The notes beneath the pieces were generated by a model, which worked only from the letters and a program-made list of their open reading frames with translations, ran no database searches and was not told the DNA's origin. Position numbers and translations under genes: made by a program. From positions 43,028,001 to 43,092,000 of the forward strand of contig NC_043003.1 in NCBI RefSeq assembly GCF_006345805.1: DNA of 64,000 bases. The letters are read 5' to 3'. This document shows positions 25,446 to 39,332 of this stretch, piece by piece. Each line of letters opens with the position of its first letter. Positions within the stretch are counted from its first letter, which is position 1. The DNA comes from Octopus sinensis. Its lineage: Eukaryota.

Positions 25446-26373
25446 AATGAAAAAGCACATATTCGAATACTATTTTGCCACCACGTTTTACATTCATGTG
25501 CTTACTCGTGTATGTTTGAAAACACATGCGCGCACACACACACACAAACATACACATGAATTAATGTTTGTTTTTACGGTCAGTTAAGATAAAAACAATT
25601 TTGCATTAATCTGATTGACTGATCTATAATTTTGTAGAATAGAAATTTATTGTTCTTAAACAAGAATATTCTTTACAGTGACTTCGAAGCCATCGTCAGA
25701 TTGCCGTCCAACGGTAGCATAGCAGGTCGAAACTTCCAAGAGATTGTTAAAATCATTCTTGTATAATAATAATAATAATAATAATAATGATAATATGTGT
25801 GTGTGCGTTTCTTTATTTATTTATAATGGCGTTTTCCCAATATAGCTGCAGCTCTCGAGATGAAACTATATGTATACATATATATATATATATATACATA
25901 TATATGTAAGCATGAATGTATGTATGTAAGCATATATATGTGTATGTGGTTATGTATATGTATATGCGTAAAAAACTGAACTACTTACATATGGCGTGGC
26001 TCGGTCATCTGAAGCTTGTGGTAGATTTTTGGGGTTTATAATGATGTCTGTGTTAACAAGTCTGGTACAGATTTTAACAACAGTAGAGGCAGGTATAATT
26101 ATTGTAATAATAGATCAGGTGATGAGAGAAATAAAAGTAATTGTAATGATGGCATAAAATAAGTACAGATTTTCAACTGTGTCTTCAAAGTAGGATATCG
26201 AACTCGCACAGCACCATTACCAATAGACTAAAGGCCATTTACACGCTCAAAATTGTAAACTAATACCAATATTTTTTTCCAATTTATGAAGAGGCGAATG
26301 TGTTCAGATCTGAAGGCAGAAGTTGAGCTGAAGTATACAATTTTGGTTGCCTTAGATGTGTAGTCTTCTTGGC

Positions 26374-26693
26374 GAAGGAACGTGGCATAGTGGTTAGGGT
26401 ATTAAGCTCACGATCGTAAGGTTCTGCATTCAATTCCCGGCGGTGCGTTGTGTCCTTGAGCAAGGTACTTTATTTGATGTTGCTCCAGTCCACCCAGCTG
26501 GCAAAAATGAGTAGTACCTGTATTTCAAGGGGCAAGTCTTATCACCTTCCGTGTCACGCTGAATCTCCCTGAGAATTGCATTAAAGGTACACGTGTCTGT
26601 GGGGTACCCTGCCACTTGCAATTTAATTTCATGAGCGGGCTTTCCGTTGATCGGATCAAATGGAACCCTCGTCGTTGTAACCGACGCATTGCC
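26374..26693 (+). mobile_element. tRNA SINE, body B + tail Y
   Basis: GTGGCATAGTGGTTAGGG head; TTGTGTCCTTGAGCAAG..GTTGCTCCAGTCCACCCAGCTGGCAAAAATGAGTA body; GTACCTGTATTTCAAGGGG..GTAACCGACG tail shared with 37440-37620. Confidence 0.85.
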
Positions 26694-27179
26694 AGCTAGT
26701 TACTTAGTTGTCTTTACGATAGCTAATACAAGATTTTCTTTTAGATAGTTATGTGACGTGGGGAAGATGATACAAAGTCGAAGATCAAACCATCAACTTG
26801 TTCCAGACAATTAAATTCCATAACCATTGCGATACTCTTGCCCTCAACACCACTCCAGCACCACTTAAAGTAAGCCACTACCATTTCATCTGACCGCAAC
26901 GTGATCAAAAGATTAATGCAGCTAGATAAATGAAGCGATGGAAAATGAGAAGTTCGATCTAGTCTCGTGTGGATAAATAGCTGTAATATAATGTTGAACG
27001 TTGACATAAAATATACCATGAGATTTTAAACAATTTTTTTTTCCTTCAGATAAACACACGTCAACAGTCAGAAGCTAAAACACATACACTCACACTCAGA
27101 AATACAAAGACGCACTCACTCAAAACTCAAACATATACAGAAAAATACATACACACGCGCATATATATATATATATATG

Positions 27180-27210
<31 letters not shown>

Positions 27211-27525
27211 GGTCTGTGATTGTATTTCTCTTTCTCTCTCGATATATATATATATATATATATAAATGTATGATGTATGTATGTATGTATGTATGTATGT
27301 ATGTATGCATGCATGTATGTGTGTGTGAGTGTGTTGTAGGTGTAGGCAGGGTCAGTTTATGTTAACTAGTAATTAATCCTTACCACATGCTCCCGAGTTC
27401 AATACCACAGCGTGACATCTTCACAAGTTGTTTTAACGTTAACCTTGGGCCGGCTAAAACGTCGTGAACGGAGCATGGAGATAAACGGATATAAATCATT
27501 CCCAATGTATAAGTTAACATAATTT

Positions 27526-27572
<47 letters not shown>

Positions 27573-27620
27573 GCTTGTGTGTGTGTGCGCGCGCGCGTGT
27601 GCGTACGTAGGCGCATAATG

Positions 27621-27956
27621 CTGAGACCCCATTGAGTCATGACTGACCATGGGATTGCACGTAGAAAGTTACCCTCCCAGACACCAGTCCAGCCAAGATT
27701 GTTTATGGAAGACCAGCAGTCGCCCATGCATACCAGCCTTCCCTCTTCACACCATCAGTGTTATCCAAGGGAAAGGCAAAGGCCGATACAGCTTGGCACT
27801 TGTGACGTTGCAAGTCATTTCTACAGTTGAGTGAACTGGAGCAACGCGAAATAAAGTGTCTTGCTCAAGAACACAACACGCAGCCCGGTCCGGGATTCGA
27901 ACTCACAACCTCACGATCGTAAGCTCGACGCACTAACCACTGAGCCATGCGCCTTC
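27621..27956 (-). mobile_element. tRNA SINE, body B + tail Z, flanked by an 8-nt direct repeat GCATAATG
   Basis: Minus-strand head GAAGGCGCATGGCTCAGTGGTTAG and B-box GAGTTCGAATCCC; GCATAATG at 27613-27620 and 27961-27968. Confidence 0.9.
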
Positions 27957-28321
27957 AAGGGCATAATGAGTCCCTATATAAATATACATTGGGAATAAGG
28001 AACTAGACGAGGATAAACCAAAGGGGACAAATAAAAATGTCAGAGAATCTAAAATCTAGAGAGAAAGACCGCGAGAAAAAGAACAGATAAAGAAATTTTG
28101 CCATAATGCCGTAAATCTGTGAAGTTAGCGGCCTAATGTGCTCTAGCCATATTCTGAAGCAACGACTCGTACAACAGCAGGCTTAAATACATATAAGCTC
28201 TCTCTCTCTGACTATTTCTCTCCACATACATATACAGACACAGACACACATATATATAGATATATCTTTTAAATTCGTTTATAGTAACGTTAAGGATATG
28301 CAAATAAAGCTCCTATTTTAT

Positions 28322-28666
28322 TATGGGGAGAATTCACGAAAAAAATACAACAACAAAAGAGGAAGACAGGTGGTGTAGAAAACAAACAGATATATTAGTA
28401 TAACGCTTTGAGCCTACGCTCTTCCACAGAAAGGAATACAGAAAGAAACAAGGAGAGAAAAAAATGTGAGTAGTCGCCATGATAGATCGGTAGCCACTAC
28501 ATACATTATTTTCTCTCCTTCTTTCTTTCTGTATTCCTTTCTGTAGAAGAGCGTAGGCTCGAAACGTAAAAGACTTTTTCAATTCCCGAGCGTTATACGA
28601 ATACATCTGTTTGTTTTCTACATCACCTGTCTTCGTCTTTTGTTTTATTCGTGAATTCTCCCCATA
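28322..28666. mobile_element. ~345-bp imperfect hairpin element carrying a hammerhead-like motif (Penelope-derived?)
   Basis: Ends ATGGGGAGAATTCACGAA / TTCGTGAATTCTCCCCAT; the arms pair through GAAGACAGGTGGTGTAGAAAACAAACAGAT and GAGCCTACGCTCTTC. Confidence 0.8.
28537..28572 (+). ncRNA. Atypical minimal hammerhead-like motif (U at position 6)
   Basis: CTTT-CTGTAGA-A-GAGC GTAG GCTC-GAA-ACGT-A-AAAG; same architecture as 33693-33727, but CUGU replaces CUGA. Confidence 0.4.
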
Positions 28667-29299
28667 TATCACACGCTCACGTAGTTGCACCAGTTGATCC
28701 TGTCTCCTCTTATCACCCACGAACTTTTCCACTGAACTTTCTACCTTTCTACCCATTACGGATTCTCTTTTGGACTTTCTACACTCCGGCTGCACCTCTC
28801 CTACCTATTTTATTATGCCCGCTACCGCCATATCTTACTGACTAGTGAGTCAGTTTTTCAGGTTTCATCATGGTTATACTGATATAATGCCGGATAAATA
28901 TAATGATAACAATAATTCCAGGATGGAATTTATAAATATTTAATACATCGCTACGCACGTTTCCACAAACCACACGTTAACATCAGAGTCCGTATCCTTG
29001 GGATGACTACAGTATAGTCCGCATTATCAGTGGGCATCGAGTTGATCATCATCATTGATTAATTTCTTCAGGCAATACTGCATCAGTGGATGAATCACAG
29101 AGGGATGTCTATCCCTTCTTGCCAGTCTGAAGACCAATCTATGTATGTATGCATGTATGTATGTATCGATCTATCTGTCTATCTATCTATAAGTGTGTGT
29201 GTATGTGTGTGTCTGTATACGCACATACACAGTTGTATATACACATATATGTGTAGAAGAAAGAAACCCATACACACGTCACGTACAAACGCAGTTATA

Positions 29300-30440
29300 T
29301 ACGTGAGTCAACTGAAAAGTTCATAGACTGAACAGAAACTCGGATGGAACGCGACCAAATGAGGTTTATTTTTCAACATAACTGTTCCTGCAGTCCTTAC
29401 GCTTCTTTAATTGGTGTTGCAGTGCTTGGATCCCTTTGGTGAAGAAGCTTTCAACATGTTAAAAAAATTCAGCAAATATGACTTTATCATCACTACGATA
29501 CATATTCCTAACCAAGTGTTTTTCATGTTGAGAATAGAGGATAGTTACATGTGTCTATATCAGAAGTGGGATCAACCAATGCAAAGCCACAAACATGCAC
29601 CGCATTAATTGAAACCAAGAACATGTATGCTGAAGGTTTGTCCTGATGGAACAAGACCACTTTTATCTGCTACCTTGCGCGTTTGGTGTTCATAGCTTTT
29701 CGTAACTGTCTCAACAAGCTAGCACAGTACGATCCATTGATGGTGTGAGCATTCTGAAATTAGTCAAGAAACACAATGCTTTTAGCATACCAACATACTG
29801 TGGCCTTCCCTGCATATGAAATGATTTTGATCTTTTCTGAAGCAGGCGAGGAGGGGTGCTTCAATTGCATGAATTGTCTCCTTTTTACCTCAAAGTGATG
29901 AACCCTACACTCATCATAGGTTCTGAAACGCTCGAGGAAACCAACTGCATCTGCCTCAAACGTAGTCAAATTTTCCCGTCATGTCATCTAATTGGTGCAC
30001 TTATGATCAGGTGTAAGTAGACGTGGTAATAACTGAACAGACATCTTCATTTTGCAAAGTTCATGGAGCAGAATACTCTCGGCATTTTCAGAGTATATAC
30101 TAATGACATTTGTTATTTGATTTATAATTTACCGACTGTCATCCCTCACCTTGTGATGAAAAAGATCAATAGTTTACTTGGTGGTGACAGCTGCAGGACA
30201 TCCAGACCTTGGTCATCTTCAAGACTGTCAATCCCCTCCTAAATCCAGCTGCCCACTATGCACTGATACCAAAGCAGAGAATTCAACCTATAATGTAGCA
30301 ATCATGCAACCATAAATGCCCTGATGGGCATTTGATAACACCACGATGCCAAATTGTGTCCATTTTGAAGAGAAGTTGCTATTAGTTACGTTTGAAGTCT
30401 TCTTTGAACAGTCGGATGTCAGTTAACCCGGAAACAAACT
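29300..30440 (-). mobile_element. Decayed mariner (DD34D-type) transposon
   Basis: Start MDTIWHRGVIK at 30363; DECRVHHFEVKRRQFMQLKHPSSPASEKIKIISYAGK..WYAKSIVFLD corresponds to DETWVHHFEPE..SMQWKHP.SP..KK.K...SAGK...WD.KG; TIR-like end TACGTGAGTCAACTGAAAAGTTC. Confidence 0.85.
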
Positions 30441-30759
30441 ATGCCATTATTAATGAGAAGGTTTGAAATTAATCCATGCAAGATGTTACAGCGCAAGCGT
30501 TACTGCTTCATAATCAACCTATGAAATTTTCAGCCCATCATCGTATCAGCATGTGTGAGTGTGTGAAAGTATGTGTGTGTGTGTGTGTGTTAGTGTTAGT
30601 GTATGTATGTATTGTGTACACACGCATACACACGTATATGCATATGAACTATAAGTAATCGTATAGACATACAGATATATTTCCTGTGCGCTTAAACGAG
30701 GTATACAAACACAAAGTACCTGCCTACATACCCACATACCTACCTACTTACCTACATTC

Positions 30760-30844
<85 letters not shown>

Positions 30845-31006
30845 AATCATTCTATCCATCTATCCATCCATCCATCCATCTATCTATATATATATATATA
30901 TTTAGCTATCTATCTGTCTATCTATCTGTCTGTCCATCTAACACACTGTCTATATCTCTGTAATGTATCAAAAAGACAGTGCATGTGTAATATGAAGAGA
31001 AGAAAG

Positions 31007-31053
<47 letters not shown>

Positions 31054-31060
31054 AAGAGAG
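30760..31060. repeat. (TCTA)n/(TCCA)n and (AG)n microsatellites
   Basis: Direct inspection. Confidence 0.9.
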
Positions 31061-31509
31061 TGAAAGGAAATAAAAGGGAGAGGAATTAAAATAGTTAAAT
31101 TGTTTTCCCATTATTTAATATTCTCCCTTCCATAATCTCACCTCCCCACTTTTACACACATACACACACATAAACACACACTCACACGCACGTACCCACA
31201 CCCAAACACATTTTCCTATATATACACACATTTTTCTATATATCTTTGCGAATGTATGTGAGATGCAATTAAATTTCAAACGCTGTAAAATGAGGCACAG
31301 GAACAAAGCAATATAAAGACACTTAGTATTTATCCAAAGAGAGGCCGCATGTAATACGTTTAGTCATAAGCGTGAATTTTTAATTGCAAAAAATAATCAT
31401 TTATTCCGTTAGGGTCGTAAGTGCAACTGAACAAAAAACAGCCTGTTTCTAAAGAGAGATTATCATCTTTTTCGTTTCCCAGTTAACACAAATTAGTTTG
31501 CTAATGTCC

Positions 31510-31640
31510 ATGCATACATGCATACATACATACATACGCACACACACAGACACAGACACATACATACATACATACATACATACATACATACATACATACA
31601 TACATACATACATACATACATACATACATACATACATACA
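31510..31640. repeat. (CATA)n microsatellite
   Basis: Direct inspection. Confidence 0.95.
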
Positions 31641-31848
31641 TGTGTTTGCGTGCGTGTCTGTGTTGTGTGTGTATGCATGCATATATATATATATATATAC
31701 TTAATTCTATCGTATTGAATTAACTGTTGCTGTTCAAATGAACGCTAACACAGCTCCATATATAAAGTCTAAATATAGTGGCATATATACAAACATACGT
31801 ATGTACATATATTCGTACGTACATACACACATATATGAGCATCTATAC

Positions 31849-31931
<83 letters not shown>

Positions 31932-32647
31932 TATATGTGATCACTTGATTATGTGACCGACCAGGCTATCAGATGTTGGTACACATCGCTGGTCACAATG
32001 CGCTTCGCAATGATTTCGCCTTCAAATGACGCCACCCCGCTGGCTAAGCGAGCAGGCCATATATATATATATATGAGCAAAAGTACAAGTTCTAAAATCT
32101 CTGTAAGAGATCACGGCAGTTGTTATACTAACAAGTAATGTTCCTTAGCCACTTCAACATGGCTGTCCGTTCGAAAGGATTTCGCTATAAATACATATAT
32201 ATACATGTAATGCACACACACACACGCACATACACACGCACACACACACACACACACGCACATACGCACGCACACACACACATAGACACACACACACACA
32301 CGCACACATACACGTACGCGGTACTCACATTCGATTAAAATGGCTTATTGATGTATTATATTCCTCTTTTTCTCTGACGAGATGATTGCATTGTCTTACA
32401 TTATTTATATTCCACCCGGAATAATCTCAATGTTTTTTCCGGAAATGTATATTGGAAGTATAGATGATTTGAATAACATATGCGTTTGACTACATTTCTT
32501 AACTTATCTATGTCATACAAAAACATTTCACTTAACCCTGGATTTTCTACTTTTTTAAGTAGGATGTAATATCTTTGGCACTTGTGTGAATTTTTGCTAC
32601 CCTAGTAACTATTTATATATTTTTTCTTTGTTAGATGTACACATTGA

Positions 32648-32679
<32 letters not shown>

Positions 32680-33051
32680 TATATAATATATATATATATA
32701 TTATTATATATATATATATATGCATATATGTATGTATGTATGTATGTATGTTAGATAGATAGATAGATACATATATATATATATATAGTGAATGCAAAAA
32801 CTAATATCTGTGTGTCAGTGTGTCACACTTCCACCCCTTTTCTCACTATTCATTGACACTCCTATTATTGCTCATGCTGGGGTGAGAGTAATAGTAGGCA
32901 TAGAGACGGTTAGGGTGGTGGCGAAGACACACAGAGACTGAGAGAGAAAGAAAAAGAGAAGGAGAGAAAGAGACATATTGAAATTTAGGGAGAGTTGACG
33001 TTGTTCTAATTAAAAGTGGTAGTGTTCATGGTAGTAGTAAGAGTAATAATT

Positions 33052-33082
<31 letters not shown>

Positions 33083-33692
33083 AGAGTGGGTATGCGAGAG
33101 AAAGAGGAACTGAACACTGAACTAACCAACTGAACACAATTCTTTTACTCATATATTTAGCCTGTTGTGATGACAATGGGCTGATAATAGTAGTATGAGC
33201 TCTAGTTGAGACAGGGGTGCAGGCGGTGGTGATGATGCTGGTGGTGGTAGCCGAGGCGGTCAGGAATGACGGTAAGAGTAAATGATGGGAAAGACAGTGG
33301 TGATGGTGGTAGAGGGAAAGGTGGCGAAGACAAAGGTATTGATGGTGGTGGCGCCAGAAGTCTGAATGGTGTGTGTATGGCAGATGTGTGGTTGGTGGTA
33401 CTGTTGTTCATCATGCAGCTTTGCTATAAGTTCCAAGTGAACAAATTACACCATTGTTTTGATGAAAATTGTTCATTGCTTGAAAAATATTTTCAAGTTA
33501 AATAAAATGTCATATGTACTCAATGCATGAAGTGTCATTGTTGAGCCTAAGGCCCAATGAAGAGCCCTCCACAGGAGCTAGCTTAAAGGCCTCCCTCTCG
33601 GGCGGCTTTTAAGCTAGTATATATATATATGTGACCACGTGTGGCGATTTTTTTCCTCCGTCTTCCCTTCTCTGGATCTTTCCTTTTCCTAT

Positions 33693-33727
33693 GTTTCTGA
33701 CGAAGAGCTCCGCTCGAAACGTAAAAC
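33693..33727 (+). ncRNA. Minimal type I hammerhead ribozyme motif in a short repeat element (~33630-33820)
   Basis: GTTT-CTGACGA-A-GAGC TCC GCTC-GAA-ACGT-A-AAAC; stem I GTTT/AAAC, stem II 4 bp, loop-less palindromic stem III, predicted GUA cleavage after 33723. Confidence 0.65.
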
Positions 33728-33816
33728 TCTCCTTGTTCCCTTCCTTCATGAGCGTTCAATAATACTATATTTGTTCCACGTCCTCGTGTTTTCACTCTGT
33801 GTTTTCATGTTTGGAT

Positions 33817-33821
<5 letters not shown>

Positions 33822-33909
<88 letters not shown>

Positions 33910-33935
33910 CGTATATATATATATATATATATATA
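33822..33935. repeat. (TA)n microsatellite
   Basis: Direct inspection. Confidence 0.97.
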
Positions 33936-35162
33936 CACAATTATATGTATATACATGTATGTGTGCCTGTATACATGTAAGTGTGTATGTGTGCACGCGT
34001 GTATACCTTATCTTGAATGCAATGCGTCCCCGATTTTGCATCACAATCTATGACATGCATCTAGAACTGCCATCTAAAGAGACTACACACGACTAAAACG
34101 TTACCCATATTTGTCCCAAATGCTAAAAATCCAATACAATCAACGTTTGTATTTATATAAGTTTACAAACATTTCATTCCTTTGGTTTATCAATGTGCCC
34201 ATTAACTCTGTATCAATTAACTCACACTGGAACTAAAACTTCTTTTATAATCTGGAAATCCCAGTCACATACTATTGGCCATAAGGTAACATGTTAACAA
34301 GAGCTGCTTTAAAATTCTCCAAGAAATTTCATATTCGGACACAGTCGTTAAATAATAGGTGAAAGGTTTTCACGTTTGATTGTCAGAGAGGATGACATAT
34401 CAGGATATTTGGGATGAGCTGAGGGCTTTAGTAAGAGAATTATCTTCAGTTCTATCGATAATAATGCATTATCATCGTATTTACAACTCTTTATTACAGT
34501 TGTCATGCAAAGTCCTATTTCATGATATCCACTAGATTCGAAACAGGAAATTGTAACAGCATTCTTACAATCAGTTACAATCCAATTGGGGACCGGGTTC
34601 ATATACATGATTAAGATATTTAATAACATTGCTTGACTGAGCCGTTTAAAATATTGAAATAGACACACCAAAGATGAAGTTAATAGCTCAGAAATACAAT
34701 ATAATTTTAATAAGAAATATATATTTCATGAAACTAGAGGACATACATAAGGAAGTTAGCAAGATCTGAAAATATGCTCTTGCTACTTTGACCTTGAGTC
34801 TACTGAATCAATGAAAATATTACTGTAAACATTCCCAATATGCTAAGATTGAAATGATTCGTGCAATCAGCAATTCTATTCCTTCTAACGAGAGCGAATG
34901 TCGATTGCGGTATTTGGATTTAATTAGGCTTCGACTTTGTCAGTTTCGTCAGTTAGACAACATCAAATTGCTTACTCAATTGAATGTTATATGTTAGGAA
35001 GTTCATCATAGGTCGGAAACAGTAACGTCACTGAATCTAAGTTTAATGATTAGGGTGATCTATTTAAGGGATTAGAAACCTTTCAGGTCATTTAACAAAA
35101 GTAAAATTCCACTTGATGTTTCTATTCTTCTCCTACTACTTCTACACGTTTTATGTAGAAGC

Positions 35163-35174
35163 ATGATAATAATA

Positions 35175-35237
<63 letters not shown>

Positions 35238-35252
35238 TAATAATAATAATAA
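35163..35252. repeat. (TAA)n microsatellite
   Basis: Direct inspection. Confidence 0.97.
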
Positions 35253-36463
35253 TGACAATAAAGAGTTTAAAGTGAATCGATCGGTGTACAGGGATCTCCA
35301 TTGACCACTGAAAGTACAGAACTTATTATAACAGACTGAAGTAAATATGTACGAATTATGCGTGAATTTGGAAACAGTGGCGTGTGAAATTTTGTAAATA
35401 GAATTATAAGCCTCCAACGTATATTGACTAAAGTCAAGATACGGTGATGGCTTGTAATTCTATTTACAAAATTTCATACCGAAGTATGCTGATGGAAATA
35501 CTCAGCACGTTAAAACAGACGTAATCGATGGAGAAGATTTGGACATTATTTTGACATGCTACAAAAATGAAATAGCTGTATTAAATCGTTTAACTTCGGA
35601 CATATGTCTGAATAAGAAAGGGAATGGCCTTTGATCATAAAAAAAAATTTAAGAAAACAGTAGCTTAAACCATTGAGATTCAAAGACACACGAAACCAAA
35701 ACACTTAATGCAGACACAGACACACATAGAACACATTAACTCACACACACACACAACACACACACACACTGACACGTCAGGAGTGTTGGAATATGCATTT
35801 TATAAAATGCTTATAATCACTAATTTTGAACAGATGAATAGAAAACAAGTTTTTTTTAAAACAAAAAAAAACACGAGCTAAGTTCCTGCTGTATCCCAGA
35901 CACAGTATTACAGATTACGACTAAAGACAAACAATCTTTCTCTGCATATAAACACTTAGGTACAAGAGTGATTGTGTGGTCAAATATCTTTTCTTCAGAG
36001 CGACGTAGTTTCGAGTTGAATCCAGCTGCGTGTCTATATATACACATACATATTTACATGTGTGTATCTTTGTCTTGACATTATCCAATAGATGTAAACG
36101 AGCCTAAATATATCAGAAGAGACGGTTAGGATCTAATCATCCACGTGGAAATAGTTCCTTACTCGGAAGCGTTCAATGTTCGTAACAGTAATGGCGACGT
36201 GAAGTAAAAAAAAAAATGTGCCTCAATGAATTTTGCGAAGGGAGACATTACGTCGACCTTGTGAAGTGACAACATTTGGGAGCAGAGGTGTAAATGGCTG
36301 TAGACAAATGTCTTCTAGAGGACCATCATAATTACCTGTTCTCTTATTCTGAAAATTTTCAGGATCCGTCCGTCCATCCCCTTGCCTTTTACTGTCAAAT
36401 CAGTCTCAGTATTAAGCACATGGAAAGAGGCATCTTAATACATACTCACACACATTTACACAT

Positions 36464-36505
36464 CTATCTATCAATCAATCAATCTATCTATCTATCTATC
36501 TATCC

Positions 36506-36588
<83 letters not shown>
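36464..36588. repeat. (TCTA)n microsatellite
   Basis: Direct inspection. Confidence 0.97.
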
Positions 36589-36589
<1 letters not shown>

Positions 36590-37246
36590 GAAAGGATTGG
36601 AGACAAACACTTTCCTCTCTGGTCAATCTCTCATCAACTTCTTCAAGTACCATTTGAAAAGGAAAGTGAGAGTAGAGAGGCAAGTTTTGTCTAGCGAATG
36701 TTTTAAAAAAAGATGGTGAATGTAAGCAAGGATGGCACGTATGAATGACGAAGCCACCTTGAGCATAATCTTATGAACCCAGAAATTGAAAACAGAGGGT
36801 TACCCACTTGCAAACAAATGTGGTAACATATAACAATATTGACCAAGGTTACCGTGGTCTTTTTCGTAGGCTTTTCTTCCCACGGATAAACCTTACTTGC
36901 TTTCCCCTTTACACCATATATCATAACACTGTGATACACGATCCCTATTGATCGTTTTTTCCTCTTCCCCTTTTTTTCCCCCCTTCTTTCTTTTTTCATT
37001 TCTCTTTTCTTTTGTTCCTTTTCTTCTTTTTTTTGCTTTTTCTTTTTTTCTTTTTTATTTTATTTCTTTTTGTTCTTTTCTTCCCTTTTACAATCCCTCT
37101 TGATCGAAAACCTACGCCACCCCTTTTTTTTTGTTTCTTTTGTTTTTTGTTTTTTTCATCCCCCAAAAGAAAAGCCCTACCTTGTAACTTGTCCCATCTG
37201 TGTGCAGCCCTGTGTGGCCAATAAAGAAACTTATCTATCTATCTAT

Positions 37247-37632
37247 GTGGAGGCGCAATGGCCCAGTGGTTAGGGCAGCGGACTCGTGGTCATAGGATCG
37301 CGGTTTCGATTCCCAAACCGGGCGTTGTGAGTGTTTATTGAGCGAAAACACCTAAAAGCTCCACGAGGCTCCGGCAGAGGATGGTGGTGATCCCTGCTGT
37401 ACTCTTTCACCACAACTTTCTCTCACTTTTACTTCCTGTTTCTGTTGTACCTGTATTTCAAGGGGCCGGCCTTGTCACTTTCTGTGTCACGCTGAATATC
37501 CCCGAGGACTACGTCAAGGGTGCACGTGTCTGTGGAGTGCTCAGCCACTTACACGTTAATTTCACGAGCAGGCTGTTCCGTTGATTCGGATCAACCGGAA
37601 CCCTCATCGTCGTAACCGACGGAGTGCTTCCA
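37247..37632 (+). mobile_element. tRNA SINE, body A + tail Y
   Basis: Head and body match 13672-13865; the tail from GTACCTGTATTTCAAGGGG matches 26513-26690. Confidence 0.9.
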
Positions 37633-37741
37633 TTCATCTATCTATCTATCTAACTATTTATCTACCTACCTACCTACCTACCTACCTACCTACCTACCTA
37701 TCTATCTATCTATATACCGCTGTCGATTATTAATGATCATG

Positions 37742-38043
37742 AGATTGCACCTACAAAGTTACCCTCCAAGATACATATCCGGATAAGATTGTTTATGGAA
37801 GACCAGCAGTCGTCCATGCATATAATACGCCACCAACATTTTCCAAGGAAAAGACAAAGCCAGAATCAACTCGGCAATAATTACATAATTACATTGCAGC
37901 TCATTTCTAGAGCTGAGTGAAGTGGAGCAACTGAAATAAAGTGTCTTGCTCAAGAACACAGCACACAGCTCGGTCCTGCAACCAATCTCACTACCTCATG
38001 ATTGTGAGTCTGACACTCTAACCACTGAATTATGCACCTTCAC
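37742..38043 (-). mobile_element. Diverged tRNA SINE, body B + tail Z
   Basis: AAGATTGTTTATGGAAGACCAGCAGTC and GGAGCAAC..AAATAAAGTGTCTTGCTCAAGAACAC are shared with 27621-27956. Confidence 0.85.
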
Positions 38044-38454
38044 ACAGACACAGACACACACACATGTATATACATATATATATATATATATTATACACAC
38101 ATATATACATGCATGTATATACATACACGTAATGTAACACTGATTCTTATTGTGTGTAACACTGTATGCATATACATACATGTATATACATACAAGTATG
38201 TAACACTGATTCTTATATATTTATATATATTATATGATTTTTATCTATTTATTTATCTTATCATATTTATATATTTCGAATTTTATATCCGTTCTGTAGA
38301 AATAAATGAATATATGAATATATGTATGTATTTGATCTTTGTATCTGGATCTTAGTAATGTTCCTTTAGTTCCTGCTCGCATTTCCTCCGCTCATATTGA
38401 GAAGTGGTATATACATACACGAATATACATTACAAACATATCTGTTTATACATT

Positions 38455-38507
38455 CGTATATATATATAGATATATATAATTATATATATATATATATAAT
38501 ATATATA

Positions 38508-38592
<85 letters not shown>

Positions 38593-38810
38593 GTATATAC
38601 GTATATATGATATATATATATATTTATATATATATATATATGTATATACGTATAATTGTATATATATATAATATATATATAATATATAATATATATATAT
38701 ATATGTATATGTATATAGGTATATATATATAATTCATACATATACATCCATACATCCATATACACACATGCAGAACATACATACATACATACATACATAC
38801 ATACATGCAT

Positions 38811-38850
<40 letters not shown>
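38455..38850. repeat. Compound (TA)n/(CATA)n microsatellite
   Basis: Direct inspection. Confidence 0.93.
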
Positions 38851-38855
38851 TATAG

Positions 38856-39080
38856 GAAGGCGGCGAGCTGGCACAGAAACGTTAGCATGCCGGGCGAAAC
38901 GCGTACCCGTATTTCGTCTGTCGTTACGTTCTAGGTTCAAATTCCGCCGAGGTCGACTTTGCCTTTCATCCTTTCATGGGCGTACCAGTTACGCACTGGG
39001 GTCGATGTAATCTACTTAATCCGTTTGTCCGTCCTTATTTGTCCCCGCTGTGTTTAGCCCCTTGTGGGTAGTAAAGAAAT
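38856..39080 (+). mobile_element. SINE family C copy
   Basis: High similarity to 1840-2068. Confidence 0.92.
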
Positions 39081-39280
39081 ATATATATATATATATATTT
39101 GTACATATATATATATATTATATATAATATATATATATATTTGTACATATATATATATATATACATATATATAGATAAATACATACACAGACATGCATAC
39201 GTACTTACATACATACGTGTATATATATATAAACACACACATATCCATCTATCAACAGCTCCCCCTCCTTCTCCCTCTCG

Positions 39281-39326
<46 letters not shown>

Positions 39327-39332
39327 TGTGTG

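Noticed and set aside
34389-34432. Possible plus-strand exon RMTYQDIWDELRAL + GTAAGA
   Set aside because: Too short, and no compatible neighbouring exon was identified.
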